Shown in pieces: positions 10,816 to 20,782 of a DNA stretch of 64,000 nucleotides. The DNA is from Gammaproteobacteria bacterium (lineage in GTDB: Bacteria; Pseudomonadota; Gammaproteobacteria; UBA4575): NCBI GenBank assembly GCA_965221955.1, contig CBDCTA010000022.1, positions 126,103 to 190,102 of the forward strand, in the 5' to 3' direction. Made by a program: the position numbers and the translations under genes. Below the pieces are notes generated by a model that saw only the letters and a program-made list of their open reading frames with translations, was not told the origin of the DNA and made no database searches. How positions within the stretch are numbered: position 1 is the first letter of the stretch; each line of letters starts with the position of its first letter.

Positions 10816-11565
10816 TTAAATAGATAACTTATGGCCGCGATGAATACTAACGATGCCACCGCTTAAATTTAAATAGTCACTCTTTTCAAAACCTGCTGCC
10901 TCAAACATCGACTTTAAAGTTTCTTGGTCAGGGTGTTTGCGTATTGATTCTGCTAAGTACTGATAACTGTCTGCATCTTTAGCAATGATCTCACCTATTT
11001 TGGGCAAAAATTTAAATGAGTAGGCATCATAGGCACTTTGCATCCATTTCTGTGGTTTGGAAAACTCCAACACCAATAACTGCCCACCTGGTTTTAGCAA
11101 ATTAAAGATGGTACGCAGCGCTTTATCTTTATCAGTAAAGTTGCGTAATCCAAAAGCAATAGTGACACGATCAAAATGATTTTCTGGAAATGGCAGGTCC
11201 TCACCCATTGCTTGCACATAATGAACGTTTTTCAACAAGCCTTTATCCACCATCCGTTGGCGTCCTTCTTCTAACATCACACCGTTTGGGTCACATAAGG
11301 TCACCGAACCCTTCTCACCTAACTTGGGTACAAACAAAGCTGAGATATCTCCTGTACCTGCGGCCAAATCAAGAATTTGGAAATGAGGTCGAATATTCGC
11401 CAAATGTACAAACTGGTGCTTCCATAAACGATGTAACCCAAATGACATCACATCATTCATCACATCATAGTTGCTGGCGACCGATTCAAAGACCGCAGTA
11501 ACCTTTTCCGTCTTTTCCTCAGGGCTTACATCTTGATAGCCAAAATGTGTAGATTTATTGGGCAT
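10816..11565 (-). CDS. ubiE: demethylmenaquinone/ubiquinone C-methyltransferase UbiE
   Basis: 249 aa. Begins HFGYQDV and carries the SAM motif LDLAAGTGD. Confidence 0.9.
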   Translation of the reverse strand: MPNKSTHFGYQDVSPEEKTEKVTAVFESVASNYDVMNDVMSFGLHRLWKHQFVHLANIRPHFQILDLAAGTGDISALFVPKLGEKGSVTLCDPNGVMLEEGRQRMVDKGLLKNVHYVQAMGEDLPFPENHFDRVTIAFGLRNFTDKDKALRTIFNLLKPGGQLLVLEFSKPQKWMQSAYDAYSFKFLPKIGEIIAKDADSYQYLAESIRKHPDQETLKSMFEAAGFEKSDYLNLSGGIVSIHRGHKLSI

Positions 11566-11692
11566 ATGCGCTTAATTCTTATGGGTATTTTCTAATTTTC
11601 TTCTAAGTGCCAGTTTAAACAAAATAAGTGGCCTATGGGGATAAGATTTGATGCTGCTGGTATTAGATTGAATTTGCTAGAGTTAGGTTAAA

Positions 11693-11735
11693 GAAGCTCT
11701 GATTTATCCTGATATTTCGTTAAAAAATATCTGGT
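11693..11735 (+). repeat. truncated copy of the left end of the 144-bp element at 26371-26514
   Basis: GAAGCTCTGATTTATCCTG...TCGTTAAAAAAT matches GAAGCTCTGATTTGATCTG...TCGTTAAAGAAT at 26371. The 11-mer core AGCTCTGATTT also occurs at 1983-1993. Confidence 0.55.
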
Positions 11736-11741
11736 TGGTTT

Positions 11742-11948
11742 TTGAGTAAATCAATAAATATGTTTGACCTATCGAAAATTCCTGCTCTACTGATGTTGAT
11801 ATGTTTCATCGGCATTGTGATGTCCATCTGGATCGCACTTGATCCCATTCGGCAAAAACAAAGAAAACCGAAATATTTTCTTTTAACGCTGATTTTTTTT
11901 GCTGCGTTTCTTCTTGCTGGATACTGGGATATGAATAATGGACTTTGA
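11742..11948 (+). CDS. hypothetical small membrane protein (2 TM)
   Basis: 68-aa ORF (TTG at 11742, or ATG at 11760) that overlaps the next ORF by 11 nt. No recognisable family. Confidence 0.4.
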   Translation: MSKSINMFDLSKIPALLMLICFIGIVMSIWIALDPIRQKQRKPKYFLLTLIFFAAFLLAGYWDMNNGL

Positions 11949-12183
11949 AGCGATATTAAACCGCAAGATTAATTCTCTTTTCCCGGACATCACTATTCAA
12001 CAAGAAGTTATCCAAACACTTAATACTTATGGTGTTGAAAAATACGAACAAGAACCTATTCGAGTTCGCCTCGCCATTCTAAAACTTGCTGGAGATGATC
12101 TTGAACAAGTTAAGATCAATACCAATTATGCCAAACAAGATTTTCGTGATGTATTGTTGTGGGCCGAATATTCGCGGCAATAG
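11938..12183 (+). CDS. hypothetical protein, possibly truncated (stop/frameshift before a conserved-looking C-terminal tail in another frame)
   Basis: 81-aa ORF ending AEYSRQ*. The adjacent frame (12086-12271) ends ..QLRDTDRAEYEEWLKQ and looks like the natural continuation. Confidence 0.4.
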   Translation: MDFEAILNRKINSLFPDITIQQEVIQTLNTYGVEKYEQEPIRVRLAILKLAGDDLEQVKINTNYAKQDFRDVLLWAEYSRQ

Positions 12184-12492
12184 AAAAAATGGTCAATATC
12201 AGAGAGGCCAAAAAAAACAACAATTAAGAGATACCGATAGAGCTGAATATGAAGAATGGTTAAAACAATAAGTAGAAATCAAACAATTCTAACTTTTGCT
12301 TCGATTTGGATTCCAGCAATTATAGTTGCACTGATTGGTTACTACATCACATGGACAACTTACTTGCCTTAATAGACTACATAATGTCGGTTGTTACCTT
12401 AGCCCAAAAACGAGGCGTTGGCTCTACTAATTAATTATAAGGTATCTAGCATGGGATCTTGATGCGGATCAAAATCAAGAGTACAGTTTTTT

Positions 12493-12798
12493 ATGCTTTA
12501 CGGGAGAAGTATGATTCAGTCCTTCACAAAAATAGTCAGTTTAATAATCTTGCTAGTAGGTATTACGGCAAGCCAAACGACTGCATTTGCTGAAACAGAA
12601 TCCAATTCCCTATGTGAGTATATCAGTCTAGCAGATGCTAATAGTGATACTGATGACTCTGAATCTTTACAATCTTCGATACTTGCAACTGTCAGCGCAC
12701 GTGTCCATGCTCATCAAAACAGCACCGTTCAAATCATTACGTATTTAGTTATAAATACAGCTTTTTCCATTAGAGCACCTCCTTACCTCTATCTCTAA
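12493..12798 (+). CDS. hypothetical secreted protein
   Basis: 101 aa with a signal-peptide-like N-terminus (..LLVGITASQTTAFA|ETE), an acidic/serine-rich middle, and a C-terminus ..FSIRAPPYLYL. Confidence 0.4.
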   Translation: MLYGRSMIQSFTKIVSLIILLVGITASQTTAFAETESNSLCEYISLADANSDTDDSESLQSSILATVSARVHAHQNSTVQIITYLVINTAFSIRAPPYLYL

Positions 12799-12895
12799 AA
12801 CTTCTGGTCACCTCTGGCCAAACTTGGTTTTTTATTACTTGGGTAATTACCCAAACTAAATGCTGTTATGGCATTTGGAATAATGGAGAAAGCAT

Positions 12896-13294
12896 ATGGA
12901 AACAAATAAATCAGAAAAACATCAACACGATATTGACTATTTCCAGTTTTTACGTGGGATATCTTCATCACCCTACTATGGTCTTGCATTAGCATTTTCA
13001 AATGTTCCTACACCTGAGAAAGATCGCCTAAAACCTGAAAATATTAAAATGATCTTTTTTGGGATATTCAGTGCGGCACTGTACTTACTTTTATTTAAAT
13101 TCCAAGCTGAGATTATTCATTTTGCAGAACTCACTCGTGAAGGAGTAAAGATAGATTTTTTAATCCCAATTGGTATTGCGTTTATATTTTCTTTTGTACA
13201 CGGAGGATTCGCGACCTACTTATGGCAATCACTCGGAATTAAAGCGAAAAATGATTTAGGTAAGGAGCAAGCATGGACGCCATACATTTCATAG
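12896..13294 (+). CDS. hypothetical membrane protein (2-3 TM)
   Basis: 132-aa ORF that overlaps the start of the TauE-like gene by 22 nt. Confidence 0.45.
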   Translation: METNKSEKHQHDIDYFQFLRGISSSPYYGLALAFSNVPTPEKDRLKPENIKMIFFGIFSAALYLLLFKFQAEIIHFAELTREGVKIDFLIPIGIAFIFSFVHGGFATYLWQSLGIKAKNDLGKEQAWTPYIS

Positions 13295-14345
13295 ACCTCA
13301 CCGCTACGAGCAGCTTTACACTTTTATTGATTGGTTTTGTAGGCGGCTTGGTAAGTGGTTTCATTGGCTCAGGTGGTGCATTTGTATTAACTCCCGCAAT
13401 GATGACCTTAGGTGCCCCAGGTATTGTCGCCGTTGCCAGCAACATGGCTCATAAGTTTCCTAAGGCTCTTGTCGCTTCCATTAAGCGTGCCAAGCTTGGT
13501 CAAGTCGATGTCAAGCTTGGATTAATAATGGGAGCTTTTGCTGAAATTGGGGTTTATGTAGGTAAAGAAATAATGACACATATTCGTGAGCAATATGGAG
13601 ATATTGGTACGGATTTTTATGTTTCCATCATCTTTGTAATTACGCTTGCGATTATTGGTGGAATGATACTTCGAGATGCAAGACGCACGACAGATAGTTC
13701 TTGTACTGAACATGAAGCTACTGATAAACAAACATTAGCGAAATGGATTCAATCCATACACATACCTGGCACCATGATCTACCTGCGATCAATAGACGCA
13801 AAAGTTTCCGTTCTGATTATTGCGCCCTTAGGGTTTGCAACAGGTTTATTAGCAGCTTTTATTGCAGTAGGAGGATTCATAGGGGTCCCCGCAATGATGT
13901 TTGTATTAGGTGTTCCAGCAATAATAGCGACTGCCACAGAATTAGTTGTAGCGTTCGTGATGGGGTTAGGTGGGAGTATGTTGTACGCGTGGGAAGGGTA
14001 TGTAGACATACGACTTTCAATGTTGATTCTCGCTGGTTCTCTTTTGGCGTTCAAGTGGGTGTGATTGCTACGACCTATGTACAGGAAAGCTTTGTTAAAA
14101 AAGTGATGGCTAGCATCATGTTAATTGTCTTAGTTAGCAGACTATTAGTTATCCCTGATTATCTTTCAAGCTTAAATTTGATTAACCAACTTCCTAGCAG
14201 TTGGTCTGTTGTTTTAAATCAATTAAGCGACATTACTCTGGTATTAGCTTTGCTTGTAGGCGCAATTGCAATCATCTTCGCATCAATCTTTGGTGCGATT
14301 GGAGTGCTACGGAAACAAAAAAGAAATAATGAATTAACTTACTGA
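13273..14345 (+). pseudogene. TauE/SafE (DUF81) family anion-exporter-like permease, single frameshift near 14045
   Basis: ORF 13273-14064 (..LSMLILAGSLL) continues in ORF 13743-14345 from GVQVGVIATTYV.. after loss of one base in CTTTTGGCG. The joined product is about 357 aa with glycine-rich TM helices typical of DUF81. Confidence 0.65.
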
Positions 14346-14367
14346 ATAAGTTAGAAGGATAAATAAA

Positions 14368-14442
14368 ATGCACTGGCGCAATGTATTACTTATGACAATA
14401 ATATTAGTTGCAACCCTAGTTATATTAAATTGGTTGCTATAG
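14368..14442 (+). CDS. possible 24-aa single-TM mini-protein
   Basis: ATG preceded by AAGGA at -9. Product MHWRNVLLMTIILVATLVILNWLL. Not in the ORF track. Confidence 0.25.
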   Translation: MHWRNVLLMTIILVATLVILNWLL

Positions 14443-14495
14443 GAATTAGAGGTAATTTGGAAAACTTATCATATTGATATTTGCGTAAGTGACTT

Positions 14496-14858
14496 TTACA
14501 CATTCTTGCGCTCATGCCCTGCTTCTTTTAAGCGCTCTAAATACCTCTGCCACTTTTCTTCTTGTTCGCTTCCCAACTCATATAAATAATCCCAAGAAAA
14601 AATTCCAGAATCATGATTATCGTCAAACACTAACTGCACCGCATAATTCCCAACCGGATTGATCGCATTAATATTCACATCTTCTTTACCCACTTGCAGC
14701 ACTTCTTGGCCTGGGCCGTGGCCTTGCACTTCAGCAGAAGGTGAATGAGTACGCAAATATTCACAAGATAACTTGAAGTGCTTACCATTTTCATAGGTAA
14801 GTTCAAGAATACGCGTTTTTTGGTTGAGATTTATTTCTCTTGGTATGTGTTCAGCCAA
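14496..14858 (-). CDS. DUF971 (gamma-butyrobetaine hydroxylase-like N-terminal domain) protein
   Basis: 120 aa. The pattern L.L.Y.NG....LS.EYLR..SPSAEV.GHG is characteristic of DUF971. Lies downstream of hslU. Confidence 0.65.
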   Translation of the reverse strand: MAEHIPREINLNQKTRILELTYENGKHFKLSCEYLRTHSPSAEVQGHGPGQEVLQVGKEDVNINAINPVGNYAVQLVFDDNHDSGIFSWDYLYELGSEQEEKWQRYLERLKEAGHERKNV

Positions 14859-14870
14859 AATAATTACCTT

Positions 14871-16196
14871 TTAGAGTATATATTTACTAAGGTCTTCATC
14901 TTTCACAAGTTCACCAATATTCTTTTCCACATAGTCCGCATCAACGGTGAAGGTTTTTCCACTTTCATCCGGCGCAGTGTAAGAAATATTTTCTAACAAT
15001 CTCTCCATTACTGTATGTAAACGACGTGCACCAATATTTTCGGTCGATTCATTTACATCGTGTGCAACTTGAGCAATTTTACGTACACCATCTTCAGCAA
15101 AAGTGAGGTTTACTCCTTCAGTATCTAACAATGCGGTGTATTGTTCCGTTAAGGATGCATCGGGTTCAGTAAGAATGCGCACAAAATCATCGGTTGAAAG
15201 TGCTTTAAGCTCAACACGAATCGGTAAACGGCCCTGAAGCTCGGGAATGAGATCGGATGGTTTGGAAACATGAAACGCACCAGAAGCGATAAACAAAATA
15301 TGATCGGTTTTAACGATGCCGTATTTTGTATTTACCGTACAACCTTCCACAAGTGGGAGTAAATCGCGTTGCACGCCTTCACGTGACACATCAGCCCCAC
15401 TGGTTTGCCCGCTTTTGGCCACTTTATCGATTTCGTCTAAAAATACGATGCCGTTTTGCTCTACATTTTCGAGCGCATTCGCTTTTAGCTCTTCTTCATT
15501 CACCAATTTATGCGCTTCTTCATCGGTCAGCGCTTTTATGGCATCTGCAATGCGCATTTTGCGAGTTTTCTTTTTACCGGTGTTTAGGTTTTGAAACATT
15601 CCCGTTAACTGACTAGCCATTTCTTCCATTCCTGGCGGTGTCATAATTTCTACACCTACCGGTGTGGCCGCTAAATCAATTTCGATTTCGGTATCGTCTA
15701 AATCACCTTCACGTAATTTTTTACGGAATTTTTGGCGAGTTTCTTGATTGTAATCTGGTCTATCCTCTGATGGATCTACGCGGGAAGGTACAAGAATATC
15801 TAAAATTCGTTCTTCGGCCGCTTCTTCTGCGCGAAAGCGAACTTTTTCCATTTCTGTTTCACGTGTCATTTTTACAGCAGTATCCACTAAGTCTCGAATA
15901 ATGGAATCAACTTCTTTGCCCACATAACCCACTTCAGTGAATTTAGTCGCTTCAACTTTAATAAAAGGAGCATTAGCAAGTTTAGCTAATCGCCGTGCAA
16001 TTTCCGTTTTACCTACACCGGTTGGCCCTATCATGAGAATATTTTTTGGGGTTACTTCAACGCGTAATTCTTCTGGCAACTGCTGACGACGCCAACGATT
16101 ACGCAATGCAATCGCCACTGCACGTTTAGCTTCGTCTTGCCCAACAATATGTTTATCTAACTCTTGAACGATTTCTCGCGGTGTCATGTTTGACAT
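14871..16196 (-). CDS. hslU: ATP-dependent protease ATPase subunit HslU
   Basis: 441 aa. Starts MTPREIV.ELD..IVGQ and has Walker [16 protein letters not shown]. Confidence 0.95.
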   Translation of the reverse strand: MSNMTPREIVQELDKHIVGQDEAKRAVAIALRNRWRRQQLPEELRVEVTPKNILMIGPTGVGKTEIARRLAKLANAPFIKVEATKFTEVGYVGKEVDSIIRDLVDTAVKMTRETEMEKVRFRAEEAAEERILDILVPSRVDPSEDRPDYNQETRQKFRKKLREGDLDDTEIEIDLAATPVGVEIMTPPGMEEMASQLTGMFQNLNTGKKKTRKMRIADAIKALTDEEAHKLVNEEELKANALENVEQNGIVFLDEIDKVAKSGQTSGADVSREGVQRDLLPLVEGCTVNTKYGIVKTDHILFIASGAFHVSKPSDLIPELQGRLPIRVELKALSTDDFVRILTEPDASLTEQYTALLDTEGVNLTFAEDGVRKIAQVAHDVNESTENIGARRLHTVMERLLENISYTAPDESGKTFTVDADYVEKNIGELVKDEDLSKYIL

Positions 16197-16238
16197 ATAA
16201 AAAACTACTTCCTAAATGTTTTTATACTTCTGGATAAT

Positions 16239-16772
16239 TTATAACTCTTCGATACTGATATTTGAATTAGTATAAATACAAATATTCGCAGCAATATTTA
16301 ATGACTTCTCTACAATTTCTTTGGCACTAAGTTCTGTATTTTCAAACAGGGCTCTTGCGGCTGCTTGCGCAAAGGGCCCACCAGAGCCAATTGCAACCAG
16401 TGAATCTTCTGGTTCGATAACATCTCCATTACCGGAAATAATCAGCGAAGTTTCTTTATCAGCCACTGCAAGTAAAGCTTCTAAACGGCGTAACATACGG
16501 TCGGTGCGCCAATCTTTAGCGAGCTCCACTGCGGCACGGGTCAGTTGTCCATTGTGTTGTTCGAGTTTAGTTTCAAAGCGTTCAAACAATGTGAATGCAT
16601 CCGCAGTACCGCCCGCAAAACCTGCGATGACTTTGTCGTTATAAAGTCGTCGAATTTTACGTGCGTTGCCCTTCATGATGGTGTTACCAAGTGAAACTTG
16701 GCCATCGCCACCGAGTGCTACATTGCCATTGCGACGCATCGAGACAATCGTAGTGCCTTTGAATTGTTCCAT
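16239..16772 (-). CDS. hslV: ATP-dependent protease subunit HslV
   Basis: 177 aa with the N-terminal [10 protein letters not shown] (active-site Thr after Met removal). Confidence 0.95.
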   Translation of the reverse strand: MEQFKGTTIVSMRRNGNVALGGDGQVSLGNTIMKGNARKIRRLYNDKVIAGFAGGTADAFTLFERFETKLEQHNGQLTRAAVELAKDWRTDRMLRRLEALLAVADKETSLIISGNGDVIEPEDSLVAIGSGGPFAQAAARALFENTELSAKEIVEKSLNIAANICIYTNSNISIEEL

Positions 16773-16817
16773 AGATTAAATTTGATGAATTAGAGGAGAG
16801 ATATTTTCATGTATTTA

Positions 16818-16846
16818 ACATTAGGACGCTATAACCCTTTTTCAAG
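16818..16846 (-). promoter_or_regulatory. putative sigma-32 heat-shock promoter of hslVU
   Basis: On the minus strand: CCCTTGAAAaagggttatagcgtCCTAATGT. The -35 CTTGAAA and -10 CCTAATGT are separated by 14 nt and sit about 45 nt upstream of the hslV ATG. Confidence 0.5.
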
Positions 16847-16888
16847 GGCAGAGACTCAATCTAAGCAAAACAGGAACGAATGTGCGGT

Positions 16889-17869
16889 TTATTCGTCTTT
16901 GGTGAAACTGGAATCAATAAAGTCTGTTTGTGGTTCTGACGGTTGGGTTTTTTTCGCTCGAGGATGAGCTTGATCATAGACTTGTGCGAGATGTTGAAAA
17001 TCAAGGTGGGTATACACTTGCGTGGTACTAATATCTGCATGACCTAACATTTCTTGTACCGCACGCAAATCACCACTAGATTCCAGTAAATGGCTGGCAA
17101 AGGAATGCCTCAACATATGTGGATGCACGTGTTTGTCGATACCTTGCTCTCTTCCAAGCTGCGCCATACGTTGTTGTACCGCACGTGGAGACAAGCGCTT
17201 ACCACGGTTGTTTACAAACACGGCTAATTCATCTTCCGTTGCAATATTGGGGCGCGCTTCCAGCCATCTCTTGAGCGCTTTGCATGCATTGGTGCCAATA
17301 GGTAAATAACGCATCTTATTGCCTTTACCTAACACTTGAACTTGTGCCTGATGAAGATCGATTGCGTCAAGATTCAAATTCACTAACTCAGCTAATCGCA
17401 ATCCGGATGAGTACATTAACTCTGTCATGGCAACATCACGCAGCTTAAGTGGGTTTTGTGGGCCTTCATTAAGTAGGCGATTAATTTCATCGACATCTAA
17501 TAAATTTGGTAATTTCTTTTCAATGCTAGGCCCACTTACATCCGCTACCGGATTGTTTTCAACTAATTGTTCACGTTGTAGATAAGTATAAAAACCACGA
17601 ATCGCACTCAGGGAACGATGCAAGCTTCTTGCAGATACTCCACGACGTCGACGTGAACCTGCAAAATTGCGCACATGCAAACTATCTACATAACAGCAAT
17701 CATGCACGTTAACGGCATTAATAAATTCAAAAAATTGTTGGAGGTCTCTTTGGTAGCTATCTAAAGTAGCGGGAGAGTACCAGCGCTCATCTTTGAGATA
17801 GCGCAAGTAACGCTGAAAAAGTTGTTGTGTAGCTTGTTGTCCTGCTTCTGGACTAGTTACTACTGCCAT
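16889..17869 (-). CDS. xerC: tyrosine recombinase XerC
   Basis: 326 aa with RHSFASHLL and LGHADISTTQVYTH motifs, in the dapF-DUF484-xerC synteny. Confidence 0.9.
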   Translation of the reverse strand: MAVVTSPEAGQQATQQLFQRYLRYLKDERWYSPATLDSYQRDLQQFFEFINAVNVHDCCYVDSLHVRNFAGSRRRRGVSARSLHRSLSAIRGFYTYLQREQLVENNPVADVSGPSIEKKLPNLLDVDEINRLLNEGPQNPLKLRDVAMTELMYSSGLRLAELVNLNLDAIDLHQAQVQVLGKGNKMRYLPIGTNACKALKRWLEARPNIATEDELAVFVNNRGKRLSPRAVQQRMAQLGREQGIDKHVHPHMLRHSFASHLLESSGDLRAVQEMLGHADISTTQVYTHLDFQHLAQVYDQAHPRAKKTQPSEPQTDFIDSSFTKDE

Positions 17870-18025
17870 AGGCTAACCTAAGGTTACAGAATTGGTTGCT
17901 AACTTAGCATTAATTCACTGTATTTGCATAACTTTAACCTTTATTTAACGGATAAAGTTAATGTATTAAGAGGTTATCGGTATTTCTTTTTAAAAAAATA
18001 TAATAAAAGCACTACCTTAATTGTT

Positions 18026-18775
18026 TTAAACTGCTGTAGGAACAAATTGCTGTAACTTAGCACCTACTATTTCACCCAAGTTGCCTAAAAACAGTGTACC
18101 CATGCCACTTTGAAAACGATTGGCATCGGTACTACCCAAGAACAACACACCTAATTGATGTTTTTTCTTTAATGCTACTGCGGCTGCGGAACGAATTGGC
18201 TTTTTCGTATTTGCATTATCAAATACATTGTCAATTTGACGCTTGGTAAGAAAAGCAACTCCACGACGACGGCTAGAAAATAAGTCCTGTACCAGCTTGG
18301 ATTTTTGCAAAGACTTTTCAATCTCTGTGCAGTCTTTAACAGTTGTCTCAGGAAGAATTTCGAATAGACGTAGATTGACTTTAGTACCTGGGAAATCTGT
18401 ATGCAGGAGATCGCTTATGCCTGCAAGAGTTTCATCAAATCCTCTGATGGACACCAAACCTAGTGTGAGTGCGTGCAGACGACGACTGACTTTTTCATTA
18501 TCTTTTGCAACCGTTATCAGTTGGTGCAACTTCTGATCAAGCTCTTTATTTTTATTGCGTAGAAGCTCTACTTGGCGTTCAACCAATGATATTGCCTCAC
18601 CTGTTTCATGTGGAATAGCGAGTGTTTCGATCAACTCACCATGGTGCATAAAAAAATCACTATGCGTACGCAAATAACGCGCAACATGTTCACGTGTGAT
18701 TTTCGCCTTTGGTACATTTGCAGATTCACTGCTTGCTACCTTAGCCGATAGTTTGGGCTTGGTCTGAGTCGTCAT
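18026..18775 (-). CDS. DUF484 family protein (YigA-like)
   Basis: 249 aa located between dapF and xerC as in E. coli and Pseudomonas. Overlaps the dapF stop by 4 nt. Confidence 0.7.
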   Translation of the reverse strand: MTTQTKPKLSAKVASSESANVPKAKITREHVARYLRTHSDFFMHHGELIETLAIPHETGEAISLVERQVELLRNKNKELDQKLHQLITVAKDNEKVSRRLHALTLGLVSIRGFDETLAGISDLLHTDFPGTKVNLRLFEILPETTVKDCTEIEKSLQKSKLVQDLFSSRRRGVAFLTKRQIDNVFDNANTKKPIRSAAAVALKKKHQLGVLFLGSTDANRFQSGMGTLFLGNLGEIVGAKLQQFVPTAV

Positions 18776-19602
18776 AAGTTAAGGCTCCCCTCAAAACTAA
18801 ATTGCGCAGGTCCAGTCATCATTACTGGTGCTGCTTGGTTTTCACACTCAATATGTAAACTTCCGCCAAGTAGATCTACGGTTACATGCTTATCTAACAG
18901 ACCTTGTGCCTGTCCGACCGCAACTGCAGCGCATGCTCCAGTACCACATGCACTGGTTTCGCCAACATGTCTTTCAAAAACACGCAAAGCGATATGCTCC
19001 GGGCTGATGATTTGCATAAACCCTACATTGGCTTTATTTGGAAACATCGAGTGCTTCTCTAGTTTGGGGCCTAAATTTTCAACGGGTGCTTTATCAATAT
19101 CATCTACCTGTAGTACTGCATGTGGGTTGCCCATTGAAACTGCTCCAATTTTCACTTGTTCGCCATCCACATCAAGCTGATAGCTTGTTGCTTGTGCGTC
19201 TGCTGAAAATGGAATTTTTTCAGGTTCAAATATGGCTGCACCCATGTTTACAGTAACCATATCGTCTTCACGCAGGTAAATTTGATATACACCACTAATT
19301 GTTTTGATGTTTATAGAAGTTTGGTTCGTTAATCCATTCAATGCTAGAAACTTTCCAATGCACCGTGCACCATTTCCACATTGCTCAACTTCCTCTCCAT
19401 TGCTGTTGTAGATTTGATAGTTGAAATCAATTTCCGCATCTGTTGCAGGACGAATGACTAAAACTTGATCGCAGCCTACACCTAATTTTCGATCTGCAAT
19501 CCAACGAATTTTTTCGCTAGAAAGTTGCACATCTTGATTCACAGCATCGAAGACGACGAAATCATTACCTAATCCGTGCATTTTTGCAAATCGAACTTGC
19601 AT
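18772..19602 (-). CDS. dapF: diaminopimelate epimerase
   Basis: 276 aa with MHGLGNDFVV and the catalytic-cysteine motifs CGNGARC and SACGTGACA. Confidence 0.95.
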   Translation of the reverse strand: MQVRFAKMHGLGNDFVVFDAVNQDVQLSSEKIRWIADRKLGVGCDQVLVIRPATDAEIDFNYQIYNSNGEEVEQCGNGARCIGKFLALNGLTNQTSINIKTISGVYQIYLREDDMVTVNMGAAIFEPEKIPFSADAQATSYQLDVDGEQVKIGAVSMGNPHAVLQVDDIDKAPVENLGPKLEKHSMFPNKANVGFMQIISPEHIALRVFERHVGETSACGTGACAAVAVGQAQGLLDKHVTVDLLGGSLHIECENQAAPVMMTGPAQFSFEGSLNL

Positions 19603-19681
19603 AACTACTAATTATCTATGGTAGTAAAAAAATATTAATTAAACCGATTCATTAAGAATATTCTTTAGAGTATTACAAACT

Positions 19682-20128
19682 CTACTTCATTAAACGAACA
19701 TACTCTTTGTAAATACACTTATCCATTACTGTAAAAATGTTTTCTTGGTAGGCACGATTTGCGCTCTCCATATCGACAACACCTTCTTGTAACCATAATG
19801 CACTGATTTTTTTGTCTATACATTGCTCAGTTATTTCTGCTACATACTTAGACGCACGAAATACATCCACTAAATCAATTTCAAAAGGAATGTCTAGCAA
19901 CGAAGTATAGGCCTTAGCGCCTAAAACTTCTGTTATTGCAGGTCGCACTGGAATGATCTCAAATCCAAACGCTTGCATATGTTTTGCCACTCGATGGCTG
20001 GGACGATTTTCTTTTGGTGATAATCCAATCACTGCAATGCTTTTAACACGCTTAAATAAATCAATTAATGCTGCATCACTGGGAAGTGCATAAGTATCTT
20101 GCATCGCTAGCTCACTGTACGTATCCAT
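19682..20128 (-). CDS. CoA-binding domain protein (YccU/YneT-like)
   Basis: 148 aa with the pattern IAVIGLSPKENRPSH.V...L...GFEIIPV. The start may instead be the internal Met at 20104. Confidence 0.65.
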   Translation of the reverse strand: MDTYSELAMQDTYALPSDAALIDLFKRVKSIAVIGLSPKENRPSHRVAKHMQAFGFEIIPVRPAITEVLGAKAYTSLLDIPFEIDLVDVFRASKYVAEITEQCIDKKISALWLQEGVVDMESANRAYQENIFTVMDKCIYKEYVRLMK

Positions 20129-20777
20129 AGATAAGCATGTGCCGGTCGCTTACTTTATCTATAAGCAAACTATCTAATTTTGCGATATTAATCTGTGCGT
20201 GCACCTCATCAGGCGTGAAGGCCGCTAATAAGGAGTTATAAAAATCTTTACGCAAAACTTCAGGTTCATTGCCTGCATATTGATCAACTAATTGTTGCGC
20301 AATCTCTGTCGAGTCGGGTCGGTACAAATCACATATGTAGATTACGGTATCCGATGTGGCGAACTGATTAATCATTGACCACAAATGTTGCGGCTCATGT
20401 AAATGATGTAACAAGCTGTTGGAAATAATTGCATCGAATATTGTATTTTCAAAAGTGCAATTTGGTAATTGTTGTAGATGCAAAGTAATACGTTGTGTGA
20501 GTGAATGCTCTTTAATCAAACGTTCTGCTTGCTTAAGCATTTCTTCTGCCCCATCAACCGCATCGATGTGACAGTCTGTATAACGTTGTGCAAAACGCAC
20601 GGTAACATCTCCTGAGCCACAACCCAGATCAAGTACCTGCTGTAGTGGACCGATGTTAGGAAATATTTGAGAAAAATTTTCAATTACAGATTGATGCGCT
20701 TCTTCAAAGTCAGCATTGGAATACGCCAGTACTTGTTCAGGGTCATTCATTAATTCTGGCTCAACAACGCGTTCCAT
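20112..20777 (-). CDS. class I SAM-dependent methyltransferase
   Basis: 221 aa with SAM motif I, VLDLGCGSGD. Confidence 0.7.
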   Translation of the reverse strand: MERVVEPELMNDPEQVLAYSNADFEEAHQSVIENFSQIFPNIGPLQQVLDLGCGSGDVTVRFAQRYTDCHIDAVDGAEEMLKQAERLIKEHSLTQRITLHLQQLPNCTFENTIFDAIISNSLLHHLHEPQHLWSMINQFATSDTVIYICDLYRPDSTEIAQQLVDQYAGNEPEVLRKDFYNSLLAAFTPDEVHAQINIAKLDSLLIDKVSDRHMLIYGYVQ

Positions 20778-20782
20778 TGAAC

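Noticed and set aside
13743-14040. The 5' two thirds of ORF 13743-14345 as an independent gene
   Set aside because: This part (Arg/Cys/Ser-rich) overlaps the true TauE-like frame. Only the section after about 14045 (GVQVGVIATTYV...) is real coding sequence, joined to ORF 13273-14064 by a 1-nt frameshift.
16889-17869. Tyrosine recombinase as a marker of an integrated mobile element
   Set aside because: It sits in the conserved dapF-DUF484-xerC housekeeping synteny with canonical XerC motifs. There are no flanking att-like repeats, phage genes or a tRNA target.
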